DNA from: Fistulifera solaris
Taxonomy: Eukaryota
NCBI GenBank assembly: GCA_030295235.1
Contig: AP026162.1
Location: 2,542,001 to 2,606,000, forward strand
Direction of reading: 5' to 3'
DNA: 64,000 nucleotides
This document shows positions 26,758 to 39,600 of this stretch, in pieces. Below the pieces are notes generated by a model. That model ran no database searches. It was not told where the DNA came from and saw nothing but the letters and a program-made list of their open reading frames with translations. Position numbers and translations under genes: made by a program. Numbering within the stretch: position 1 is the stretch's first letter; every line of letters begins with the position of its first letter.

Positions 26758-27344
26758 CTTGAGTGAATGTCTGTTGTTATAATGTGAACAAGAGAGCTCT
26801 TGTTTCGTTTGTGGTCGTGCTGGTCTTGGTTTTTGTCGACTTTTCCAAAGTCATTTATTTACTCCGTTTTTCCTTCCAAATAAGCAACGGGGAAACGTGA
26901 AACGTATGCGCCAACACACGTTGACCAATAATAGTTCTTCCGTCTGTCGTTTACTACAATCGAGCGGATACTCCGGACTTTTGTATAGCCTCAGTTTGTG
27001 CACACGTCAGTTTCCGAAAATTGAGGTCCTCAACCAAACGGGACACAACATGACTGACCCTGCTGTCGATCGATGATTTCATTATTTTTCATTCCGACAA
27101 ACAGACGATGGCTCCTCCTCGTGCATGCGACATGCGATGGACGCGTCACAGGGGCAAAAGGAAACTGCTTTGGAGTTTTGAGGCACTGCGAAACGAGGAG
27201 AAGCAGCAAGAGACAGTCTTTCTTGAAAGAGCATTATGAATTCATTATTTGAAAGCACGCGGACAGCACTTCTACTAGAGACCTATCGCAGCTGTTATAC
27301 GGACTAACCGCCAGTGAGGTTTAAGACACGAAACTCTCAGGAAC

Positions 27345-28166
27345 ATGGGGAACATTCTTTGTTGTACTCCAATATGCCCGCCTCTGCCGAGACAAGATTG
27401 GTTTGATATTCCTCAGATTGTGTCGGACCAATACACAACACCATCAGCACTCATTACATACCTGATGAAAATAGCAAGAACCCCGCACAAGCGAATTCGC
27501 TTCGGCTTAATCAATTGCGCCGGAGGCTTTACCTACATTCTTCCCATGCGCTCCTCCATTGGCAAGACGATGGCAGCTGAATATTTGGTTGCGGAACTAC
27601 AAGGGCGAAACGCACTGTACTTCAGCGCTTCGGGTGATAGAAAGATTGTTAATGCTCTTCAAGCAACTTTGAACACTACAGTGGGTAGCGCCATGCTCGC
27701 TAAATGTTTAGTAGCCGCATTGGGGACAACCGGAGTTGCTCGCGACTACGAACTCCCTTCGCTTTTAATTATTGACGAAGTGAACAACGCGAGCGACTTC
27801 AATGAAGCTTTCATTGAAGACCTCTTTCTGGGTATTAATCGTGACAATGGTTTGACTTGTGTAATTCTGACCAACAAGGAAGAAGAGGTAGCGGAAGCCT
27901 TGCTAGCGCTCAATCAAGGTAAAATTCGACCATTTCCTGGCTCCGCTGTTGAACCTTGGGAGCCGCTCAAACGGCCTGTATGGTTGCGGGATATTCATTA
28001 GACTCGAGCCCAACTCCAAGAGCTGATCCGGTATACCTTCGGAACTCAATTGGGTGTTCGCGTGGACAGTTTGTTCCCGGCACAGTTCCCTGCAGATAGA
28101 CAAACGCCGGGGGATGTTTTGCATGTGGTGACCTTGAAGATTCTTCAGACACGAGAAACTGACTGA
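27345..28166 (+). pseudogene. Degenerate P-loop NTPase-like gene with an internal stop
   Basis: RSSIGKT (Walker A-like) and LLIIDEV (Walker B); TAG at 27999-28001 followed by 54 more open codons in frame. Confidence 0.5.
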
Positions 28167-31100
28167 CAACCGGGTGCGATGTAGACGGCACCTACCAATA
28201 GCGCAGTCATACTTGTCGGTGGAATTGCTGCCACCGCCAGTTTAATTTAGTATTAAGAAGAATTTGCGTTTTTATTCATCTTGAGCGTGCTATGAATAAG
28301 CAAGTTTTCATGAAAGCGAATATAATAACCGTTGTAAAAGTCTTACTTTCTATTTTTCACGCGCTGCAACAAATTCAGCCGCCACTTCAACCGAAGGTGC
28401 TGCTGTTGTTATGCGAAAGCTTTGACCATTGTTTGTCAGGTTCCTCGAACAGCGTGCAAAAACGTTCAGAACACAACTTTCGTCGCAAGCTAGAAGAAAT
28501 ACGTCGCAAGAGCGAAAACAACATACCGTGACTCCGTTTGTCACGACCAAGAAAAATACAGGTACGGTACAAGTACCGAGCTTAAAAGGAAACTTACTTG
28601 GCGTGCTATAGAAAAAGTTAATACCGCTGTTGCAGTTGACTTGTTGCTGCAGAGTGAGGAACAAACAAAAGGTGATGATGATGCGGCTTGAAACAAAACA
28701 CATCACGCCACCGACGACCTCCTTCTGCAAAATTCAGTTCCGACACCAAAACGGATCCAAGACTTTGCTGACCGAGCTCAATTAAGCGGTACATGGTTCC
28801 ATAAGACGGTTAATCATTTGGCACCAAAAGACTGCACGAATGTGACGCATCGACAAAGGATTTTTCTTGGGCGCAACATTTTGTGGCAAACAGCTTAGCA
28901 GTCGTCTGTGTGTAAAATTTTGAAGATTAGAATACATTTTTACAAATTGTGGTACAGTGATTCAGAAATCGGGGTTTCTGAAAATAAAAAAGAACGATGA
29001 AAAATTCAGTCGAATTTCAACATTGCATTCTGGCTCAAGAAATAAGGAATAAAAATACGAATAAATATAGTGAAAGTTCGTTTTACATCGTAATGTCAAA
29101 AATCAAATAATGACCTTCCTTGTTGTTAAAATGCTTTCATCTTCCGCAGCTACTTATCGACATTTTGAAAATACAAGCCGCCTCCAACATATTTCGTCGT
29201 TGTCTCAAGCTGTGTTCCTGCCGATTAAAAAAATACGAGGCAACACAACGCGGACTGACATCTATTTGTGAGCTTTGAACACTACATCCTGATATATATT
29301 TCTAATTTCCTAAACTCAGCATGTAATCATGACATTCGACAATCAGAAACTTCGCTGAGGAGCTAGTGCAACTGGAGATTTGCAAGCCAGAGCCCGTTCC
29401 CCAATATGTGAAAAAAACGTCTTGGTATTCGTGTTGTAAACTAATCCGGAACAAAGGCTTTGTGTTTAAGCTGTGGCCCTCCCCAAGACAAAAATACGTG
29501 CTTTGAACACCTTGATGAAAATACGTGCTTAAAGCAAATCGCGGAGCGACATTAAATGAAAGTCATTGTAAAGAAAGGTGGACGAAATACATCAGTTGAA
29601 GATATGATTGATGCTTTCAAACATTTATTTATTCAAAATGATTTATGTTGTTACTATACTATACGGACTATGAAGTCTACCGTCATGGGATCAGAGCCAT
29701 AACGTTTTGACCAACCACAGGTTGTCCTTAAAACCGTAAAGGTCGTCAACCGAAGTTGTTAAGCCGGAGTGTGAAAAAAACTATCCAGTGGGCATCCAGC
29801 TAAGGATGTTAAGGAGAGGGGGAACGTCCTGGTTGGCGATCTCCCAGTGGAGTTCAAAGCGGACTCTAGCGCGGTGACTAGATTCCAACCCGGCGCGTTG
29901 GTATGGGAGAGGTCACTGTAGTATCTCTCCCAACGGTTCCTCGAGGAGAATCAGATCTTCTTCGAGTAGTGTGTCCGAGTCTTAATTGAATGATTCTTCG
30001 AAAAGAGCGGCCAAGCGTGCCAGTTCCGACAATTTCCTGTCTGCTAAGCTTTATTATATCAAACTCGAACGATCTTAGAGCAAATATCCAAACTTTCAGC
30101 GGTGAAAGGCCCTTAACTGAGAGGGGGTTCAGTAATCAATACACCCGTTAGTACGAACGCAAGTTAAGAATGATTTCAATATGAAAAGACAAGCAGAGGA
30201 AAACTAAGAGATGCTGACTTTTGCATGGACATGAAAGAACTCACCCAATCCCTGTTACCGCGCGTTAGTGCTTTGAAAAAAAGAATTTTCCAGAAAGCAA
30301 TTTTTATAAATTAATTACTATTGCTATTTCGAGTTCGAAAACCTACATTAGCGAACCCGAAAAATATTTGCATCCCGTTAATAGGGTAACGTTCATTTGC
30401 ATTATTTGGTCGACTCTTGTGTCTGCTTGTACATTTGGGAAGGGTAACAAGCACAGATGTTCAAAGAGAAACACAATAACATCGAATACGCGAATATGTA
30501 AGCAGCAAAAAATAGGCCAACCATATGCAGCAATACCATTTAGCCAATCAATAACATTTTTCTTTACGCTTAAACAACCTTATCGCTTTTCGCTTTATAA
30601 CGATTCAACTAACTTAGTAGATATCTATATCCGTAAAGAAAACGAACAAAATATGGTAACAGCATGTCTATGATGAGCATGACTTGGCGATAATTTGGCC
30701 CTGGAGTGAGGCCTGCTTCTCTGAGGCAGATCAAATGAAGTCATCCAATGACTGAAGCAAAGCCTTAATAAGCATGATGAAAACAAGCACGCGTCCAGTA
30801 CACTCAGGAATCTCTCATTGACCGATTGGCCTTGTCCGCCGTTTGGAAGATGTGATTGTGTGCAACTAAATTGGCACCAAAGCTGTTGTGGTGAACTGCA
30901 ACCTTGGTGATCCAGGAGATAATCAGCTGTAGGTTTTCGATCCAATAGAAATTATTAACTATTGGTTGAAAAAGAAATGGAGGAGGCCAATCATTAAGAT
31001 ATCCGAGCCAACTTACAAGAAAGATTCAATTTCCTCTCAGTCTTTTTGTTTTTCTAGAAATCTGTGGAGGGGACCGGGAAAGACTATTCGAGTCTCGCCT

Positions 31101-32106
31101 TTACTAGGCGTTGTGCTCAGAAATTAGGTCTACACAGTATACAGAAAGATTTCTATGGCGCCTGAGTAATATTTCGACAAAGGAATAACGGATGCAACAC
31201 AAAGCTTTTGACTAGGTCGAATGCCTGTATTTTTTGTGAAATCGAAAGAATGATACGACCCGATAGTCGCTCCCCTTATGGTCGTTCGGCTTACCTTTTC
31301 TACCAGTACTTAGTCTGTTTGATCAGTTGTTGTTATTGTGAAGCCTCGTGATAGATATAAAATTATGAATCCTATATTTTCTTGGTCATGCTCGTCCGTC
31401 GAGTGCCTACTTCATGTGTCTCGAAGGACACCCCGCATGATGTACTTCGGGTATTTGGAACCGAATGGGACATGACATTCGAAAGTCATGGTCATCCACA
31501 CCCCACGTGCTACGGCCCATTGGGTTTGGAGAGTTGCGCGCCATTCGGTACTCTTCGCTCAGTGCGGTCTGACGGGTGTGTAACTTGCGTAGGTTCAGGC
31601 GGCCGCACAAACGACGCACAGGGCCAGGAGAAGTTCTAAGGACGCTTCAAAGAAAACTGACTTGCTTACAATAATAACAGAGAAAAAAATTGCCAAGGGC
31701 AAGGAGAGCAATGTTGTGCATGCCCCGCGAGGGCCCATGGATGACATTTTGTACCCTCGACTGTATTTAGACATGAATGCTGACGCCACATCAGTTGTGC
31801 TTGCCGGGGGCAAGGAGAACAATAATTGTGCATGTCCCTGCGAGGAGGGCCTAACAAGCAAAAGAGATATGGTGAGAAGTTTTGTCCTTTTCTGATATCG
31901 TTTTCGCCAAAAACTAAAAAAAACCTCGACCTCGAAAACATAGCCCGCCCTTGGTCTGGCCTACGTACGGTTTCCGACCCGTATAATGATGTTCCACAAA
32001 GTTGTCGCTAAGCGGAATCAGTTGTGTTGACAGCAAAGCTACAATACGTGTTGCGCATGTAACGTTGTTGCTAGCATATTTATAGCCTTCTGTAGAATAG
32101 AGAGCC

Positions 32107-33901
32107 ATGGCAACCACCGCGCAGCGTGCAGGGGAAGCGAGCAAGCCCATAGAAGTAGACGACGATGAAACTTCCCTCGACGAAGATCAGCTGATGGAAT
32201 ATCGCGAAGAGCTGGAAATGCTCGGAAGTTTTCCGGTAAGTTCATGTCTTTGGATCTGTGTTTCGAAGTAAGTGATGCACTCATCAATCGGGTAAAGGAT
32301 AAAGTCAAAATTAATAGCTTGACGATGATAGCGGGAGACTACGCCGAGTCAAAAAGTTCGGCCGCATCGATCTATCAGGTCATTCGAGAACGCCTTTTGG
32401 CAACAAATCGCGACAATATGCTTCCTCTTGTCTACTTACTGGATTCGATTCTGAAAAATGTGCGAGGATTTTACATTGATATCGTACAAGATGATGCTGC
32501 AAACTGGATGCCGAAAGTTTACCATAAGTTGCAAGATGTGCAGCAAGCGAAGTTGAAAAAAATGTGGGTTACCTGGGAGGAGTTCAATCTCTTTTCCACA
32601 GATGCGTGGAAAGCGATGGGAAGCTGTTTCGGTAGCCAGAGTGGATCAATTCTCAATTCTTCTCTTTCCGATGTCGCTGGCATTGCAAGAACGGTACGCA
32701 CCTATTACTGTCTGAAGTTCGTTGAACGTCGGTAGTCTCACGTGACGTTTCTTTAACTCACATTATTCATTTCCAGAAAGATGGAAGTTTGATACTGTCG
32801 ACTGTCATGAGAACGGAGATGCAGAATATTTTGGACGAGCTGCAAAATGATGTAGCGAATGAACTGGAAAAGGTTTCGCTGGAACGGCTGGCCGATATGA
32901 ACCCGGATTTACTGGCAAACATCAAAAGAGCCGCAGAGGAAAATATGAAAGGAAAAGCCGGAAATTTGGGCGGCTCACACTCGGATCGTAACGATTCCGT
33001 CCCTTCTTTCTTCACGGAGATACGCCCTGCGGAAATGTTGAAAAGGTCTGCTGCTTGGAAGGACTTGAAATGGGATCATCTATCAAAAACCCACGAGGTT
33101 GTTTCCAAGCTTCAGACAATTGTGCGACAGAAATCAACGTCGGATGAAAGGTATTCACAGAAAGACGCCATGGAGACAATTCACTTTCTGGCTGCTGCCT
33201 CGGTTACGTCATCGCTACTGACAGAATATCTTCAAGAGTGGAAGAATCAACAAGATCGTAAAGATCACAAGAAACGGTTATCCTTTCCCGGAGCGTCCAA
33301 CTTGGGAATGACAGGAAGTGGAGCTTTCCTGGTAGATAAGAAGAATTTTACAAATGAAGGCATCCGGACGAAAAATCCAGCTATCATCGGTCTACTCTAC
33401 GAAATCGGTCTCCCTTTCTTTAGCTCGGCAGATGGTCAACGATTTCGTTCCGAAATCGAACTTTCCAATCACCTCGATGCGCTATTTAAAAAGAATAAGT
33501 TAGACAAGTCGATGGCTACTACTGAAGAGCGGGGTTGGTACGTCGTTGAAAGTATGTGGACACGGGAGTCCAAGGAAGTAGACACTGGCGCAACTGGAGC
33601 AACTACAGAATCTGCTTGGCAAGAAGACAGTGATGGTTACGATCCTGAAACTAGCACTATGCCTGCCGATGAATACAGGGATTGTTGTGTTGTCTGCGGC
33701 ATAAATTTTCAGATGTTTTTTGACAACGACGATGGAATTTATAAATATCGTAACTGCCGCGAGATTGAGGTGCTAAATGACGATGCTAGCGAGAAGGAGT
33801 CGGAGAGCATGCTACTTCACGTATCGTGTTGGCGTGGACTAGGGTCTCCGGAAATCCTGACAATAGACCAAACGCTGCAAGAAACGATGCGGCTTGACTA
33901 A
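32107..33901 (+). CDS. PCF11: Pcf11-like cleavage/polyadenylation factor
   Basis: CID domain (KINSLTMIA, LPLVYLLDSILKN), R-G-W-Y Clp1-binding-like motif, C-terminal CVVC...HVSC; introns 32236-32297 and 32694-32776. Confidence 0.85.
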
Positions 33902-34253
33902 GTGATGAAATTAATTGCAAGCCACTATAATAGCTTCGTCAAGAGCGTGTTCATTTCGATATTTACATAGAATATTTGATATTGGTGCTAAACAACGAGT
34001 TATTTCGGCCAGGTTTCGGCCGACAACAATAGCGGTCTGGCTGTGTGTCCATCATTGACCGCGTTTCTCCGCCACTTAACCACCGCACAAAAAGCTTGCG
34101 AACTTTTGTTTTTATCGATTGCGACGTTTCCATTATTGTCTCTGCCTATAATCATCCATGTGATGCGCTAGCAGTGAGGAGATTGAAGCGAGCGCTATTT
34201 ACAATGAAGATGTGATGAAATAAGGGTGTGTTTAACGCTTTCTTTAAGGATCA

Positions 34254-35008
34254 ATGTTCGCTTCGAAAGTTTCTCGACATGTTCGATTTTGCACGTCGCC
34301 GTGTCATCGACGCTTTCTTGCTTTAGTATGTGAAACATCCATGGTGGACGATTTGCACGCTCCAGGCAGCTTTGATCGGCAGTCAGCCGTAGTTTTTCCA
34401 GATGTGATTACCGTGTCCGAGCACGACGCCTTAGTAGCTCACGTCGAGCCCTTGCTGAAAAGGTAAGCATTATGCTTTGTCCTATTTCTTGTCTTCAAAT
34501 GACGATTGATTCAGCTGACAACTCCCATCAATAGAAGGCGGTACGAGAAAGGCCATTGGGACTCGGTCATTCTTCAGTACAAAGAAGTTGAGCTAGCAGA
34601 AGAAGCGTCGGCTGTAAAAGATATTTTCGAACGGATCCGAAAAGAGCTGGAGCCGTACAAACGCGTGGAAGCTTCATGGCTACCTTGTCACGCTATTGAT
34701 TTGCGCAAGGATGGAGAACTTAACGCACACGTTGATTCGGTACGGTTCTCGGGGGATTTGGTAGCAGGCTTGTCCCTGTTGTCGTCCAGTATCATGCGAT
34801 TGAAACCCGATGCTTCGACGATTTCTGACGAGTCCGTCAAGGGCATGTCGACCTGTATCTTCCTAGTCGTTCTCTCTATGTACTCTTGGGAGTGTCGCGT
34901 TACAGCTATACACACGAACTTCTACCCAGTCAAGCGCTATTTAGAGACAACGCTGTCGAACGAGATCGGCGAATATCTATTATATTTCGTGATGCCAAGG
35001 TAGGTTAA
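34254..35008 (+). CDS. ALKBH7: ALKBH7-like Fe(II)/2-oxoglutarate dioxygenase, mitochondrial
   Basis: RYEKGHWDSVI, HVDSVRFSG, AGLSLLSSSIMRL; intron starting 34463; frameshift near 34845. Confidence 0.9.
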
Positions 35009-35365
35009 TCTGCTTGACTATCCATCTTTGCTGTCGCTGATGATTAATGCATATTTTTGGAATTACCGTCTGACTCACATGAAGAGAACTCTGCGGCTTG
35101 AATGAAGCGTCATGATTTGTTGCGCGCGTCTTCTTTTTCTTGCTCAAATTTTCTCATCGCAATGTGTTTTCAATCTGTTTAGGTTTTGAACGACACTTAG
35201 AGATCGCCATGTTTTGACTTAGCTATGCTCTTGTTCCCAACGAACAAAGGGTTCGAAAGTATATTGCGAGATCGTATCGACTACAGTTGCAAATCAATCT
35301 CTTCCGCTACTTAGTAAGGGCTTACATAAGAACGGATAAATCATTCTGACTAACACTATGGCACT

Positions 35366-36166
35366 CTAGACAGTGCATGCAACACAAAACTCGTCGTCCG
35401 TCGGAGTGTCACGATGAGGGCAACTGGTTCCTGTGAACATGTTACTGGTCACGGCTGCAACATCCTTCCACGTGCACAAGTCCTGATTAAACGCTACAGC
35501 GCCATCGAACATGCTCTCCATGTTCGTGACCTTTGTCGTATTCCACTCGCTGATGTCTTGGTTGAAAAACGAAGCAAATCGAAACATAAATCTCATGTCA
35601 GTGACCTGACCTGTATCCCAGCCACCGATATCTTGATTGAACGCTTCAGCACTGCCAAACATATCAACCATGCTGGTGACTTTGGATGTATCCCAGCCTC
35701 CGATATCTTGGTTAAACGCTGCAGCAAAGATAAACATGTTAGTCATGTCGGTCACAGCAGACGTGTCCCATTCACTAATGTCCTGGTTGAACACTGTTGC
35801 GCCCTTAAACGTTCCTCTCATACTTGTAACACCTGACGTGTCCCAATCGCCGATGGGTTCATTGAAAGTACCAATTCCTTTGAACAGATCAGTAAAATTG
35901 TTCACTTTGGAAACATCCCAACAGTTCGGTTCCGGTCCTGACGGTGAATTGGAGTAATCTTGAATGGCATTCCGAAGAGCGTTTCGGTTGGAAAACTCCC
36001 TGCATCCCGTAGGACAAGTTTGAGGACATGGAGGACGATTTCGACAACCCAAAAGGTTCTCGCGCGCAAAGAGAGACGCTGTTATCATAATCAAGAATAA
36101 TATAAATGATTGGAAGAGAGTAATAGGACGAAATGTCTTGTTTGTGGGTTGTATGTTTTGCCTCAT
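35366..36166 (-). CDS. Secreted DUF285/BspA-like repeat protein
   Basis: Signal peptide, Cys-rich cap, about five 25-aa repeats (FNQDIxxWDTSxVTxMxxMF), Cys-rich C-terminal cap. Confidence 0.9.
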   Translation of the reverse strand: MRQNIQPTNKTFRPITLFQSFILFLIMITASLFARENLLGCRNRPPCPQTCPTGCREFSNRNALRNAIQDYSNSPSGPEPNCWDVSKVNNFTDLFKGIGTFNEPIGDWDTSGVTSMRGTFKGATVFNQDISEWDTSAVTDMTNMFIFAAAFNQDIGGWDTSKVTSMVDMFGSAEAFNQDIGGWDTGQVTDMRFMFRFASFFNQDISEWNTTKVTNMESMFDGAVAFNQDLCTWKDVAAVTSNMFTGTSCPHRDTPTDDEFCVACTV

Positions 36167-36678
36167 TTTTTGGTCGCGGATGAGGATTGAAAACTGCATA
36201 GTAAGTCGAATAAGGTTACCAGGTACTGTACACTGTACTGTACATGTGTAGAATTTATTTCGTAAGGTTATTGGTTACTCTAACTTTGTACAGTAAGAGT
36301 AGTACTTGTAATCAAGTGTGGACGCCAACATTCTTGCTTCTTTCTAACCTTACCGTCTGTTGTCGTCCGTCATGGATAGGCCGTCCATTGCTCGTCCGTC
36401 CTTGTTGCGATGAAAAGATTATGATCTTCTGTTCATCGCAAACCATGAGCAACCTGCGGTTGCGTTATTGTCGACGATTGCTTTAAACCAAATCGTATAA
36501 TCAAAGAAGCGCTTTATAAGTGCTTGATTAGGAGATAGATTATCAGAATTATTAAACGCGCTGCTTCTTTCGATACAACAACAACTTTTGCAAAAAGCGG
36601 CCAAGAAAAAGCCGTCGACTTCGAACGCTGACAACATAAACAGAAAGACTGTAAGAAAACAAAAAAACAAAAATCAAC

Positions 36679-39600
36679 ATGGCGGATCGCGAAGAACTAC
36701 AAAAGCGCTATGCGTATCATGAAATGTCGAACAAAGTCGAGACGACGCGTCGTTCGCGTCCTCGCGGAGAGCCAACGGGAGAAGTCGAAGCGATTCAGGG
36801 AGGACGCATGGGAGATCGGGTCGCCAACACGGAACAACCCAAGGCCAAGAAGGCCAAAACGAACGCCGCAGTAGCACCTCTCAAAACGAAACCTTCCATT
36901 GCGGTGCCGGGGGAAACTATACTGGATCTCGGATCTACGGTGGGATATCAACCAACCCAAGAACATACTCGGGCGGCATACGAAGCCATTTTGCATCAAT
37001 TGTCGTCGTTATTGGGCAAACACCAGGCTCCCCAAGTATTGAGAGATGCCGCCGAAGAAGTATTGCTGATATTGAAGAATCCTGATTTACGGGATCCCGA
37101 ACGACACGAACAATTGTCGCAGCTGTTGGTGGGAAATGCGAAAGGGCTCAGTCAAGTGCAATTCACTTCCCTGGTGCAGCTGGCCAAACAACTCGATGAT
37201 TATCACAACAAGAATGATGAAGACGAGACGCCGTCGCAAGAAATGGATGACGAAGGTGTTGCGGTAGTATTTGATGAATCCGAAGAGGAAGATAACAAAG
37301 ATAATGATGATAGTGATGTCGATCTACAAGTGGTGGCTGATTCCTCTTCCTCGTCGTCCGAAGATGAAGGCGGTGATAAGGACGATGAAGTGGCTGACTC
37401 GGATGATGATGAAGAAAAAGTTGTCATGGCTGATACGCAGCGCAAAAGCAAGCAGCCTCGTACTTTATCAACCATCGAGATTGATGCGCACTTTTGCAAC
37501 GCCAGCTGGCGATGGACGATGCGCAAGCTTCCCAAGAAATGGCCCAGCAAATACTAGAAATCCTCACGACAGAGGATCCTCGCGAATGCGAAAATCGTCT
37601 GCTCATACTGATGGGATTGGATCGCTTCGAGACGATTCAATTGCTTTTGCACAATCGACTCAAAATCTGGGCTTGTGTTTCCTTTCACCGAGCGCAAACG
37701 CCGGAAGAGAGGACTGCCTTGGAAGCAACCTTGAATCAGACGGAACAAGGTCAGGCTGTCTGGAAGGAGCTGCACTCTAAGGGACAAGCGCAAGACTGGA
37801 CGACACGTGAACGTCGCCAAGGAACCGACGTTTCACAGGTGCTGGACGCTGTGAAAAGTGCCGACACACCGGAGAAAGAAGATGATAAAATGCAAATTGA
37901 TGATACGCCCCCACCCTCTCACGAATTAGACTTGGAGACATTGGCGCTGCGAGACAATCGGAGCACAAAAGCGTGCGTCTTGCCTGATACATCGTGGCGG
38001 GCCACCAAGCCCGGATATGAAGAAGTTCATGTACCCGCTACTCGGAGCGTGGTACCACCGGATGAGAAATTAGTGCACATTGCGGACTTGCCTGCCTGGA
38101 CGCAAGCCGGATTCAAAGGTAAGGTGCAGTGGCGGATATGTATAAGGCATGGCCGCATGCAATTTTACTCACTCTCTCTTTTAATTTGTATCAGGCATGG
38201 AGAAATTGAATAGGGTTCAATCAAAAATGTGTGACATCGCTCTACGATCGTCGGAGAATTTATTGCTGTGTGCTCCTACCGGCGCGGGAAAAACGAATGT
38301 GGCATGTTTGACGATAATGAATATCCTAGGTCAATACAAGCGAGATGTGACTTCTGAAGGAGATGGAGAAGTGAACAAAGACATGTTCGACCTTTCAGCT
38401 TTTAAAATTGTATACGTTGCTCCAATGAAAGCATTGGTTCAAGAAGTAGTTAAAAACTTTGGGGAACGCTTGAAAGATTACGGCGTTGTGGTCCGCGAAC
38501 TGTCTGGAGACTCTAGTCTGACAAGACAACAAATTGCTGAAACACAAATGTTGGTGACGACTCCCGAGAAATGGGACATTGTCACTCGTCAAGGCGAAGG
38601 ACGCGCTTATACGCAGCTGGTAAAACTGGTGATATTGGATGAAGTTCATTTGCTACACGACGACCGCGGACCGGTTCTGGAAAGCATCGTTGCCAGAGTT
38701 ATTCGACAAGTCGAAGCTACGGCCGAGCCGATTCGTTTGGTTGGCTTATCCGCCACACTTCCCAATTATGCCGACGTTGCAACCTTTTTGCGTGTCAAAC
38801 CAGACAAAGGTCTTTTCTTTTTGACCATTCCTATCGACCGGTTCCGCTGCAAATGCAGTACGTCGGCATTACAGAACGCAGTGCATTCAAACGCATTAAG
38901 CTACAAAACGAGATTTGCTATGAAAAAGCCATGGATCAGAGACGGAACAATAATCAGGTGTTGATCTTTGCTCACAGCCGAGCCGAGACTGGGAAAACTG
39001 TCAAGGCTCTGCGCGACATGGCGCTGGAGCGTGACGAGACGTCGTTTTTGTCCGTGAAGGTGGTGCTACACAGGAGATTCTTCGAGAAGAGTCAGCGGCG
39101 GCAAAGAACTCAGATTTAAAAGATGTGTTGCCCTATGGTTTTGCTATTCATCATGCAGGAATGGCGAGAGAAGATCGCGAATTGGTGGAAGACTTGTTTG
39201 CCGATCGGCATATTAGTGTCTTGTGTTCAACTGCAACACTTGCCTGGGGTGTCAATTTGCCTGCACACGCTGTCATCATTCGCGGAACTCAAATTTATGA
39301 TCCAGCAAAAGGACGTTGGGCGGAGTTAAGTCCCCTTGACATTCTTCAGATGCTTGGACGTGCAGGTCGTCCTCAGTACGATAGTGAAGGAGAAGGTATA
39401 ATTTTAACGCAGCACTCTGAGCTGCAGTACTACCTTTCGTTGACCAACCTCCAGTTACCGGTTGAGAGCCAGCTGATTAAGGATCTTCCAGATCATATGA
39501 ATGCAGAGATTGTATTGGGGACAATTCAAAACATTGAGGAAGCTGCGGACTGGTTGAGCTACACTTTTCTTTACGTCCGCATGTTACAGAATCCCACCCT

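Noticed and set aside
31382..32011. Cluster of short ORFs upstream of PCF11
   Set aside because: No consistent frame, splice pattern or motif that I can support
35480..35870. Roughly 75-bp periodic repeats as a CRISPR-like array
   Set aside because: They are degenerate in-frame coding repeats of DUF285 with no constant repeat/unique spacer structure and no cas genes
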